Of a DNA stretch of 64,000 nucleotides, positions 28,519-36,907 are shown piece after piece. The stretch is taken from assembly GCA_020725585.1 (NCBI GenBank), contig DYES01000072.1, positions 921-64,920 on the forward strand. The letters are read 5' to 3'. The position numbers were made by a program, and so were the translations under genes. The notes beneath the pieces were generated by a model. The model was not told the DNA's origin. It ran no database searches and worked only from the letters and a program-made list of their open reading frames with translations. This DNA is from Desulfovirgula sp. Its GTDB lineage: Bacteria > Bacillota > Desulfotomaculia > Desulfotomaculales > Nap2-2B. Each line of letters opens with the position of its first letter. Position 1 is the first letter of the stretch.

Positions 28519-29013
28519 ATGCGGCAATCCGGCGGTCAAAGCGGCTTTACTTTAATTGAGCTGGTAGTGGCCGTGTCGCTTTTTACCATAGTTATCGGGG
28601 CGGCTATCTCCTTATACCAACAGGGCGTGCTCGCCTGGCAGCGCGGGGAAAAAGGGGTGGATGTGCAAGAAAATCTGCGCCTCGGCCTTGACCGGATGAG
28701 CAGAGAACTGCGCACGGCGACCGTCCTTCGGGAAGCAAAAGCCAATTCAGTTAAGTTCGATACCGCCTATGCCAAAACCGTTCGCTATTATTACGATCCG
28801 GAAAAAGGACAGTTAATGCGCGAGGTTGACGGGGGCAGCAACCCGCTGGCAAGTTGCGTGACCGGTTTGTCACTTAAGTATTATAATCAAAATGGCGAAG
28901 AAATTAATGACCCTGGCGAAATTACTCTTGTATGCATCACCTTAGAAGGAAAAAAGGGAGATTTAAAGCCCTTAAAACTCACCACCTCGGTAAGAATACG
29001 CGCGCGCGAATAA
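28519..29013 (+). CDS. Minor pilin, PilW/GspJ-like
   Basis: 'SG|FTLIELVVAVSLFTIVIGA', 'LRLGLDRMSRELRTA'. Confidence 0.8.
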   Translation: MRQSGGQSGFTLIELVVAVSLFTIVIGAAISLYQQGVLAWQRGEKGVDVQENLRLGLDRMSRELRTATVLREAKANSVKFDTAYAKTVRYYYDPEKGQLMREVDGGSNPLASCVTGLSLKYYNQNGEEINDPGEITLVCITLEGKKGDLKPLKLTTSVRIRARE

Positions 29014-29028
29014 CGGGGTGCTTTAAAT

Positions 29029-30177
29029 TTGCGGGAGCGGAAAAAGAAGAATTTTCCAGAAGAGGGGCAGGCCCTGATCCTGGTGATGCTGGTGCTCCTC
29101 GTCCTGGCCCTGCTGGGCGCTGCTTCGTTAACGCTAACGAGTGCCCACGGCAGAACGGCGAGGTACCAGCGAGACCTCATGCAGGCGTACTACACCGCGG
29201 AAGCCGGCGTGGAAAGGGCGCTGATCAAAATACGCGAAAACCCTTCATGGTTTGCCGGGCTGCCGGAAAACAGCGAAGTTTTCTCCCGGGTGCCCTACGC
29301 GGGCGGCGAAATTAATGAGGTACGGCTTACCAAAACCTCGGCCGGCATCGCGACGCGGGCGGAGATAACTTCCGTCGGCAAATTTGGTACGGCGCAAAAA
29401 ACGCTCAAGGTGAGTGCGCTTGTGTTTGGTGTTTCTGACCTGCTCAAGGGGGCCAGCATCTTGTCTTTAGATCCTTTAGATCTTCGGATCACTGGAAATT
29501 TTACATTAAGCAGCGAACAGGGAAGCGGGGCGGGTGTATTTGTCATCCGGGGAAGTCTGGATCTCGGCGGCTCCAGCAGGGTAGAAGCCGACGTTTACGC
29601 ATCCGGAAACGTAACAGGGAGAGAAAAGATCACTGGCAATGTATACCCTTATTACCAGGCTATACCATCCTTCCCTGCAATAGATGAGGGGTACTATAGG
29701 AGCGAAGCCCAAAAAAGCGGTCAGTATTACCCGGGCAATGCCGATTTCAGTGACAAAGGACGTGGTCACCGCAGCGAAGAAATCGATAATTATAACGGAA
29801 TCTATTTTATCGATGGAACGTTCACGATTTCTGGCACGTACAGCGGAAAGGCAATTTTTGTAGCGAGAAGTATCGAAATCGATGGCGACCTGATAGCAAA
29901 TACACCCAATGACTTACTCACCCTTATTTCCTTTGGCGACGTGGACATAAAGAACCAAGAAGTAAATGCTTTAATCGTTGCGGCAGGCGCTTTCCGCGCC
30001 CAGGGAGGCGCCGAATTGCGCGGCGGTTTCCTGGCACGAGACATGGATGTTTCCGGTAATGTTCAAATTATCTGCAACCCGGCGCTGGCGGCGCAAAATC
30101 CGCCGCCGGGCTTTTCCTATGGTTCTGGCGGGGTAAAAATCGAGTCCTGGAAGGAACAATACCCCGTTGTTTCATAG
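29029..30177 (+). CDS. PilX/GspK-like large minor pilin with C-terminal beta-helix-like repeat region
   Basis: N-terminus 'EEGQALILVMLVLLVLALLGAASLTLTS...YYTAEAGVERAL' (PilX_N type, no methylation motif). C-terminal half rich in G-N/S-x-x-G turns ('SGNVTGREKITGNVYP', 'DVSGNVQIICNP'). Confidence 0.7.
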   Translation: MRERKKKNFPEEGQALILVMLVLLVLALLGAASLTLTSAHGRTARYQRDLMQAYYTAEAGVERALIKIRENPSWFAGLPENSEVFSRVPYAGGEINEVRLTKTSAGIATRAEITSVGKFGTAQKTLKVSALVFGVSDLLKGASILSLDPLDLRITGNFTLSSEQGSGAGVFVIRGSLDLGGSSRVEADVYASGNVTGREKITGNVYPYYQAIPSFPAIDEGYYRSEAQKSGQYYPGNADFSDKGRGHRSEEIDNYNGIYFIDGTFTISGTYSGKAIFVARSIEIDGDLIANTPNDLLTLISFGDVDIKNQEVNALIVAAGAFRAQGGAELRGGFLARDMDVSGNVQIICNPALAAQNPPPGFSYGSGGVKIESWKEQYPVVS

Positions 30178-30260
30178 CACCATTTTCAACCTCATGACGG
30201 CACCGTCAGAGGCGGTATGGACAGCCACCCGGCAGTCAGCGGAAGAGGAAGGGTATTTTC

Positions 30261-31331
30261 TTGCGGCTAAAAAAATTTGGGAAAAAAACATACGTAGCTG
30301 TGGATGTCGGCTCATTCGCGCTTAAGATATTGTGTCTTTCTTCTTTTAAAAAAGGCTTTTCTGTTGAAAATGCAGTCAGCCTCCCGGGTATACCCGATCT
30401 CAATTTAGACGGCCGGGGTTTAGAAAATTTTTCCCGGCTGCTTAAGGAAGCCGCGCAGGCCGCCGGTATTGAAAACGCGCAATTGATCACCGCCATCGGT
30501 CACCACAAAGTGATTACCCGCCATATTCTGGTTCCCCAAATGCCCCGCCGCGATCTGGAAAAGGCCATCAAATGGGAGGCGGAAAAGTACATCCCGCTGC
30601 CGGTTGACGAATTGATCATCCGCTACCTCGAACTGGGCACAAAGAAAATAGAAAACGCCGTCCAGATGCACCTTCTCCTGGCGGCCGTTCCCAGGCAGGT
30701 CGTTTACGGCTATTATGAAGCTTTCGCGCGCGCGGGCTTAACAATTGCGGCCATTGACCTCCACGCCCTGGCGCTGTGGCGGGTGTTCGGGGGGGTAATC
30801 GCGCCTGCGCCGGCGGAAGCTGCCTGCGGAGTGCTGGACATCGGTTTTACGAACACCCATTTTGTTGTCATCAGGCAAAAAGAACTTTGCTTTGTGCGTG
30901 CGTTTCCTGCCGGAAGCAGCCAGGCTGCGGCTCAAATCGAGCGCACCCTGGGGTTGAGCGAAAAAGAAGCCCGGCGGACAATCGAAGAAAAGGCGGGGTT
31001 TCTGTTGGAGGCCGCCGTCGCCGAAGATCTGGATGCGGTGCAGTACGACCTGCTTTTGCGGGAGAGCTTCTCCGGGCTGGTCACGGAAGTCCGCCGCTCC
31101 CTGGACTTTTACCGGCTCCAGGAAAGAGATTTACCTTTAGAAAAACTGATCATTACCGGAGGCGCCAGCAAAATAAAGGGGCTGGCCGGCTTTTTGAGCA
31201 GTGAGCTGGGCCTGCCGGTGGAGCCGGGATACCCCCTTTTGCCGGTGCAGGGAAAGCCGGGCCAGTTTGAGCCGCTGGACCCCTCCCTGGCGGTGGCGGC
31301 GGGGCTGGCCCTGCGGGAGGCAATCCGATGA
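30261..31331 (+). CDS. pilM: Type IV pilus assembly protein PilM (actin-like ATPase fold)
   Basis: 'VAVDVGSFALKI', 'VLDIGFTNTHFVV', 'LIITGGASKIKGL'. Confidence 0.88.
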   Translation: MRLKKFGKKTYVAVDVGSFALKILCLSSFKKGFSVENAVSLPGIPDLNLDGRGLENFSRLLKEAAQAAGIENAQLITAIGHHKVITRHILVPQMPRRDLEKAIKWEAEKYIPLPVDELIIRYLELGTKKIENAVQMHLLLAAVPRQVVYGYYEAFARAGLTIAAIDLHALALWRVFGGVIAPAPAEAACGVLDIGFTNTHFVVIRQKELCFVRAFPAGSSQAAAQIERTLGLSEKEARRTIEEKAGFLLEAAVAEDLDAVQYDLLLRESFSGLVTEVRRSLDFYRLQERDLPLEKLIITGGASKIKGLAGFLSSELGLPVEPGYPLLPVQGKPGQFEPLDPSLAVAAGLALREAIR

Positions 31332-32044
31332 ACTACCGGATTGACCTGCTTCCCGAGGAACTCCAAAGCAAGCCGCCGGTAAACCTGCGCCGCCTCCTTT
31401 ACATAGCCCTGACAGTGCTTTTAACAGCGGGCCTTCTGGCCATCTACGGCCTCTTTCTCTGGGATTATTACCGGGTTTCTGGAGAGTTAGCAAGACTCAA
31501 CGAGAGATTGCCGCAAATCAAAAGGGAGACTGCCCGCCTGGAAGAGGTTAAAAGGCAGCGCCTGGACTTAGAAAAAAGGGCCGGAGAACTGGAAGCCCTT
31601 ATTCAGAACCGGCGCACCTGGCCCGGGATGCTGGCCGAAATCGCCAGGGCCGTACCAGGGGAAGTCTGGCTGACCAGTCTGCGGCTGGAAGAAGTTAAGG
31701 AAAAGCAGGCCTCCGCGGAGAAGAAACCCTCTGCGGGCCCTCTGCCTCAAGCGCAGTCCGACCAAACGCAAAAAAACCTGGAGCGGCTTACGCCGGAAGA
31801 AGGCAAGGAAACAAAAGCAGAAAGTACATCAACCGTCCCCGGCGTTCCAAATACTCTTTTTATCGAAGGGGCCAGCTATTCCGTACCGGCAGTGGGGATT
31901 TTTACTTACCGCCTTGGCCAGTTGCCTTATTTTTCGAAGGTTGTTTTGACCGACTTACATTCTGAGGAAAACAACGGCTACGTGGTGTTTACCGTGGTAG
32001 CTTCTTTAAAGGCAGGCGCGCCCAATGTGGAACAGGTTAAGTAA
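31328..32044 (+). CDS. pilN: Type IV pilus assembly protein PilN
   Basis: 'RIDLLPEE' N-terminus, single TM, coiled coil; 4-nt overlap with pilM. Confidence 0.8.
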   Translation: MNYRIDLLPEELQSKPPVNLRRLLYIALTVLLTAGLLAIYGLFLWDYYRVSGELARLNERLPQIKRETARLEEVKRQRLDLEKRAGELEALIQNRRTWPGMLAEIARAVPGEVWLTSLRLEEVKEKQASAEKKPSAGPLPQAQSDQTQKNLERLTPEEGKETKAESTSTVPGVPNTLFIEGASYSVPAVGIFTYRLGQLPYFSKVVLTDLHSEENNGYVVFTVVASLKAGAPNVEQVK

Positions 32045-32717
32045 CCGGGAGAAGATATTGCTTTCCATTACAGCCTTTGCAGCCTTTGCCTATGCCGCCT
32101 ACCATTTTCTCCTGGGCCCCCAGATCAAAGCCTATCAAGACAAAGCGGCCCGGCTGAAGGAAGCCCGGGCGATGTTCGCACACCTGGATGCGCAGGCAGG
32201 CGCCCTAAAGCTGGAGACTGCTGCACTGGAGCAGGCCCAGGCCCGTTTAAAAAAACTGCTCGATAAGTTTTCTACCCAGATGCAGGACGGCCTGTTTCTG
32301 GTGCAGTTTGGCCGGCAGGCCGAAAAAAACGGCGTCCAGATCCGGAAATTTAAACCTTTAGATCCGGTGGATTTCGGGTATATCTCAGTCCTGCCCGTAG
32401 AGATAGAATTGCGCGGCACGTACCCTTCGATAATTTCAGTAATCAATTATCTGGAAAATGTAGCTAACCTGACCGAGATAAGAAACTTAAAATTTCAGGC
32501 CGATACACAACAGACCACCAAAAGCAACCGGCAGGAAGCTGCCACCGTGGGTTCCGCCGTTTACGAAACTCAAGCCGCCCCCCTGCCGGAAACAATAACT
32601 GCCAGTATGTTGTTACTTATCTACTCCCAGCCTTCTCCGGAGGGCAGGATGCAGCTGGAAGAAATCAAGAAATGGAGCGCAGGGCGGCCAAATCCATTCA
32701 TCCCCCAAATAAGGTAA
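32025..32717 (+). CDS. pilO: Type IV pilus assembly protein PilO
   Basis: N-terminal TM plus coiled coil ('LLGPQIKAYQDKAARLKEA'), ferredoxin-like C-terminal domain ('LPVEIELRGTYPSIISVINYLEN'). Confidence 0.75.
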   Translation: MWNRLSNREKILLSITAFAAFAYAAYHFLLGPQIKAYQDKAARLKEARAMFAHLDAQAGALKLETAALEQAQARLKKLLDKFSTQMQDGLFLVQFGRQAEKNGVQIRKFKPLDPVDFGYISVLPVEIELRGTYPSIISVINYLENVANLTEIRNLKFQADTQQTTKSNRQEAATVGSAVYETQAAPLPETITASMLLLIYSQPSPEGRMQLEEIKKWSAGRPNPFIPQIR

Positions 32718-32872
32718 GGGGAGACGCCGACCGGCGGCTTTATAAAGCCGGGGAAAAGGGAGCACAACCGGGCTGTTTGAATAACGAAAAAGTAGTAGTA
32801 AACCACTGTCTGGGAAAAAGGTGGATGAAAAAAGCTAAACACGGGCAGAATTTAAAAAAGGGGTGTTTTATT

Positions 32873-34318
32873 TTGACCGGCCGGAAATTTCCGAAGAATA
32901 TCCCAGATAGAGGGACCCTGAAAGAAGTGCTGGATCTCGCTCTGACCAACGGAGGGGATTTTGCCGACATTTTTATCGAGTTCAAGACGGCTACGGGAAT
33001 CGGGGCGGAAGGCAGAAAGATCGAGCGCGTGCACTCCGGAATCGACGCCGGCGCCGGGATCCGGGTGGTCGCCGGCGAAACCACGGCCTACGCCTACACC
33101 AACGACCTTACACCGCCGGGTTTAAAAGAGGTGGCGCGCACCGTCAGCCGGGCGGTTCAGGCCGGAAAAAAGGAGTACAACCTGGACATGCGCAGCGTAA
33201 AACCGGCGGTCGACTTTCATTTTGAGGAGAGGCCCGACGAGGTGGACACCGCGCGCAAGGCAGAAGCCGTGACCGCCGCCGACCGGGCGGCGCGGGAGGT
33301 GGACAGGAACCTGGTCAAGCAGGTGATCGTCACTTACGGGGATACTATTCAGCAGGTGATCATCGCCAACAGCGCCGGGGAATACGTAGAAGACGAGCGC
33401 ATCCGCACGCGCCTGACGGTCCACGCCGTCGCTGCCGAAAGTGAGGTCATCCAGACAGGGTACGAAGCTGCCGGCAGCCTGGCCGGATTCGATCTTTTGA
33501 AGCGCTGCCCGCCGGAAGAACTGGGGAAAATCGCGGGCACGCGGGCAGTCCAGATGCTCAAGGCCCAGCCCGCTCCGGCCGGGAGGATGCCCGTGATCAT
33601 GGCCGGGGAGGCGGGCGGCACGATGGTTCACGAGGCCTGCGGCCACGGCCTGGAAGCGGACCTGGCCCAGAAGAAGTTATCCGTTTACGCGGACAAGAAA
33701 GGGCAACAAGTCGCCTCCGAACAGGTTACGGTCATCGACGACGCCACCATGGAGGATCGTTACGGCTCCTACCGGTTTGACGACGAAGGTGTGCCGGCGC
33801 GAAAGGTAACTCTGATTGAGAACGGCATCCTTACCGATTACCTGTACGACCGCCTCGCGGCCGGAAAGGAAGAAAGAGAGTCTAACGGCCACGGACGGAG
33901 GGAGTCATACCAGCACAAGCCAATCCCCCGTATGGGCAACACATACATTGCTCCCGGAAAGATGGACCCGGAAAAAATCATCAGGGAAACAAAAAGGGGG
34001 CTGCTGGTAAAAAAGATGGGCGGCGGCCAGGTAAATACCACTAACGGAGACTTCGTTTTTGACGTGGCGGAAGGGTACCTAATTGAAGACGGCGAGGTGG
34101 GGCCAATGGTTCGCGGCGCCACTTTGACGGGCAACGGCCCCGAAGTGCTGAGGATGGTGGAAATGGTCGGACGGGACCTGGGCTTCGCGATCGGCACCTG
34201 CGGAAAAGACGGGCAGGGCGTGCCCGTGAGCGACGCGCAGCCTACCATGGCCATTAAGGAACTGGTTGTCGGCGGCACCGGCCACCCGCATTCCCAGGGG
34301 AAAATTCGCCGTTTATAA
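32873..34318 (+). CDS. tldD: TldD metalloprotease (U62/TldD-PmbA family)
   Basis: HExxxH 'HEACGHGLE', C-terminal 'GTCGKDGQGVPVSDAQPT'. TTG 32873 lies 7 nt after GGGGTG and gives 481 aa; ATG 32825 is the alternative. Confidence 0.88.
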   Translation: MTGRKFPKNIPDRGTLKEVLDLALTNGGDFADIFIEFKTATGIGAEGRKIERVHSGIDAGAGIRVVAGETTAYAYTNDLTPPGLKEVARTVSRAVQAGKKEYNLDMRSVKPAVDFHFEERPDEVDTARKAEAVTAADRAAREVDRNLVKQVIVTYGDTIQQVIIANSAGEYVEDERIRTRLTVHAVAAESEVIQTGYEAAGSLAGFDLLKRCPPEELGKIAGTRAVQMLKAQPAPAGRMPVIMAGEAGGTMVHEACGHGLEADLAQKKLSVYADKKGQQVASEQVTVIDDATMEDRYGSYRFDDEGVPARKVTLIENGILTDYLYDRLAAGKEERESNGHGRRESYQHKPIPRMGNTYIAPGKMDPEKIIRETKRGLLVKKMGGGQVNTTNGDFVFDVAEGYLIEDGEVGPMVRGATLTGNGPEVLRMVEMVGRDLGFAIGTCGKDGQGVPVSDAQPTMAIKELVVGGTGHPHSQGKIRRL

Positions 34319-34343
34319 ACACTTATCAAAAGCTTTAAAAAAA

Positions 34344-34411
34344 GGGGCGCCCAACTGGCAGTTTGGCGCCGGTCGACCGGACGTCGGTCAGGTTGGCCGG
34401 CCTTGTTTTTT
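34344..34411 (+). terminator. Probable tldD terminator region: two GC hairpins followed by a T tract
   Basis: GGCGCCCAAC-tggca-GTTTGGCGCC and GACCG-gacgt-CGGTC hairpins, then GGCCGGCCTTG followed by TTTTTT. Confidence 0.4.
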
Positions 34412-34469
34412 AGCACAGATTTTTAGGGAAAGCATATTCTTAATTTAAAGGGCTGGAGGTGGCTTGCTG

Positions 34470-34682
34470 ATGAAAATTGGGGACATCGTGACGCGCCGTA
34501 TATACGGGGAGGATGTGCAATTTTGTATCCTGGGATTTTACACCAAACAAACCACGGGGGAGCGGGTGGCGATTCTGGCCATACTGGACCCTGCTTTAAT
34601 TGTGGAGGCTTCGGTGGATGAACTGGCGCCGGTTTCTCCGCGGGATTTGTTCGCCCTGACCACAAACCTGTATACCCATTAA
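34470..34682 (+). CDS. 70-aa protein equal to the N-terminal domain of sporulation peptidase YabG; peptidase domain absent
   Basis: 'MKIGDIVTRRIYGEDVQFCILGFYTKQTTGERVAILAILDPALIVEASVDELAPV' parallels B. subtilis YabG residues ~1-65 ('IGDMVARKSYQMDVLFRIIGIE...'). ATG lies 7 nt after GGAGGTGG. Confidence 0.55.
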   Translation: MKIGDIVTRRIYGEDVQFCILGFYTKQTTGERVAILAILDPALIVEASVDELAPVSPRDLFALTTNLYTH

Positions 34683-34781
34683 CAAAAAACATTTAAAACT
34701 TGCCAGGCCGTTAAAATTGCTGTTAAAATATCGACAAAATAGTTCGGATGAAATAACCGTCACTTATGATGAGGTGGCCAT

Positions 34782-35984
34782 TTGTTTCGTAAGCTTTTTG
34801 CTTTGCCCATTTTAGTCTTGGTTGCGTTTTTATTTGTCTTCCTCGGCGGCTGCCCGCCAAAAAATTTAATCACGCCACAAAAACGCGACTTCTCCCCTTC
34901 AAAACCGCGTCAGGTTTATGTAACCATTGCCGCCATGGGTGATTTTTTAATGCACATGCCGGTGGTGGATTCGGTAAAGAATCCCACTACAGGCCGTTTC
35001 GAATTTAGTCAACTTTTTTCTGAGGTTAAGGATTTAATTGCGGGCGCCGATTACAGCCTCGCCAACCTGGAAACCCCGCTGGCGGGGGCCGAACGCGGCT
35101 ACTCCGGTTATCCCAGGTTCAATTGCCCCGAAGATCTGGCCGGGGAGATGGGCAAGTGCGGCCTGGACATGTTTCTCACCGCCAACAACCACAGCCTGGA
35201 CAAAGGGGTGGAGGGTGTGATAGCCACCATTCGCCACCTTGAGGCCGCCGGCCTGGAACACGCAGGCACGTACACCAGCGCGGAAGAAAAAAAGAAGCCG
35301 TTTCTCAAAGACATCAAGGGTGTGCGGATAGGCATTTTAAATTACACCGATTCCACCAACGGTTTACCGGTGCCCCGGGACAAGCCTTACCTGGTAAACA
35401 TCGTCCGCCGCCCGGATATGCTGGAGGAAATCAATAAAATGCAGCAGGCCGGGGCGGACCTGATTATCGCCTGCCTCCATTTTGGCGTCGAATACAGCCG
35501 TTATCCGGACAATAAACAAAAAGAGCTTGTTGATTTCCTTTTTCACTCTGGAGTGGACGTTGTGCTGGGAAGCCACCCGCACGTGGTGCAATCCGTTCAA
35601 ATCCGGACGGAAGAAAAAAACGGGGCGCAAAAAAAGAAATTTGTGGCCTATTCCCTGGGGAACTTTATTTCCAACCAGCGCTGGCGCTATGCAGACAGTG
35701 GTTTATTGGTCAACTTGATAATTAAAAAGGACCTGGAAAGCGGGGAAACTGCCCTTGATGATGTGCAATTAATCCCCACGTGGGTGGATACCTACCGGGT
35801 AAACGGCCGGCAGCATTACCGCGTGCTGCGGGTAGACAAGGCCATTGCAAATTACGAAAGCAAAACAGATCCGCTGCTCACTGATGACGATTACCGGCGG
35901 TTAAAAGAGGTGGCCGAAGAACTGGGCCCCGCTTTTCTATTTTTAAACGATGGGGGGCCTGAAGAGGGACGGGCAACTGAATGA
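34782..35984 (+). CDS. CapA/PgsA-like metallophosphoesterase lipoprotein
   Basis: Lipobox 'FLGGC'; 'AAMGDFLMH', 'LANLETPLAG', 'NNHSLDKG', 'GSHPHVVQ' motifs of the CapA (PGA_cap) family. Confidence 0.8.
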   Translation: MFRKLFALPILVLVAFLFVFLGGCPPKNLITPQKRDFSPSKPRQVYVTIAAMGDFLMHMPVVDSVKNPTTGRFEFSQLFSEVKDLIAGADYSLANLETPLAGAERGYSGYPRFNCPEDLAGEMGKCGLDMFLTANNHSLDKGVEGVIATIRHLEAAGLEHAGTYTSAEEKKKPFLKDIKGVRIGILNYTDSTNGLPVPRDKPYLVNIVRRPDMLEEINKMQQAGADLIIACLHFGVEYSRYPDNKQKELVDFLFHSGVDVVLGSHPHVVQSVQIRTEEKNGAQKKKFVAYSLGNFISNQRWRYADSGLLVNLIIKKDLESGETALDDVQLIPTWVDTYRVNGRQHYRVLRVDKAIANYESKTDPLLTDDDYRRLKEVAEELGPAFLFLNDGGPEEGRATE

Positions 35985-36052
35985 GGCCAGCAAGAAAGCT
36001 GGCCTCATTCATCTGGGAGGTAAAACCGGGAGAGTCCGGTCAATGCATTTAC

Positions 36053-36682
36053 TTACTCGGCTTGTTCGGCAGCGGGCGGGCCGAAAGGCCTAAACCCTTT
36101 ATGTTGTGGCGCGTTCTGGATCTTCTGGATCAGCTCATCGGCCTTTTCCTGCGTGATCTTGCCGTCCTTCACCGCCTGTTGAATAGTCCCAATTCTTAGT
36201 TCTTTCATTTTCTGGTGCAGCTGTTCCATGGATATGCCCTGCTGCTGGGCGATGTCGTCAATTCTTTTCCCTTCTTTCAGCTGGGCTTCCAGTTCATCTT
36301 CGCTCATGCCCAGAGCCTGCGCCAGCAGTGCGGCGTTACCGCCCCTTGCCTGCTTGTGGCCGAAATGCTTGTGGCCGAAAAAGGGGCTGAAGAACCACTG
36401 GTCGTTTTGCAGTTTTTCTTTGATTTTCGCCGCCTGATCCGGTGTCATCTTACCCTGCTGGACGGCTTCGTCAACCATTTGCTGCTGCGTTTGTTTGATG
36501 GCTTCCGTTACCCTTTCTTTGTCCACCCCGAGGTTGGCTGCAAACTTGTCCAGGAAAGTCTGGAAGAACTGGGGAACCTTGTCCGTGTTCGCGTTGGGCG
36601 CGGCTTGCGCCAGGGCAATTCCCGCAAAGAGCGCGGTCAAAACTAGAGCAGCCAGGGTTGCCATTAAGATTTTTCTTTTCAA
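36053..36682 (-). CDS. Secreted YckD/DUF2680-like protein with duplicated LTXXQ-type helices and a His-rich linker
   Basis: TTG start 5 nt after GGAAGGAGGAG. Signal peptide 'KRKILMATLAALVLTALFAGIALAQA'. Internal duplication '...QQGKMTPDQAAKIKEKLQN' / '...KDGKITQEKADELIQKIQN'. 'FFGHKHFGHK' recalls the YckD 'HHPHPHKFEH' tail. Confidence 0.6.
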   Translation of the reverse strand: MKRKILMATLAALVLTALFAGIALAQAAPNANTDKVPQFFQTFLDKFAANLGVDKERVTEAIKQTQQQMVDEAVQQGKMTPDQAAKIKEKLQNDQWFFSPFFGHKHFGHKQARGGNAALLAQALGMSEDELEAQLKEGKRIDDIAQQQGISMEQLHQKMKELRIGTIQQAVKDGKITQEKADELIQKIQNAPQHKGFRPFGPPAAEQAE

Positions 36683-36907
36683 GTGTACTCCTCCTTCCAA
36701 GGAATGTATCTTTTGTTTGGTGAAAATACAACTGCCGGTTGTGCTTTGGCACCACCTCCTGGGAATTAATGTTTGTGTGGGACATTTTCGGCACCCCTTG
36801 ATCTTAGTAAAGCAAAAACTTGTTGCAAATCTAAGGAGATTTTATGGTGGATTTGTTAAAGGTTAGTCAATAATTTTTGGACATTTTGATTCATGTTGAG
36901 GGTTTTT

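Noticed and set aside
36701-36907. TTGTTGCAAA / TTGTTAAAGG repeats 33 bp apart upstream of the yckD-like gene as response-regulator boxes
   Set aside because: There are only two loose copies in AT-rich DNA. They are not obviously the same motif as in the 39.4-kb spacer. I mention them only as a place to look in a motif search.
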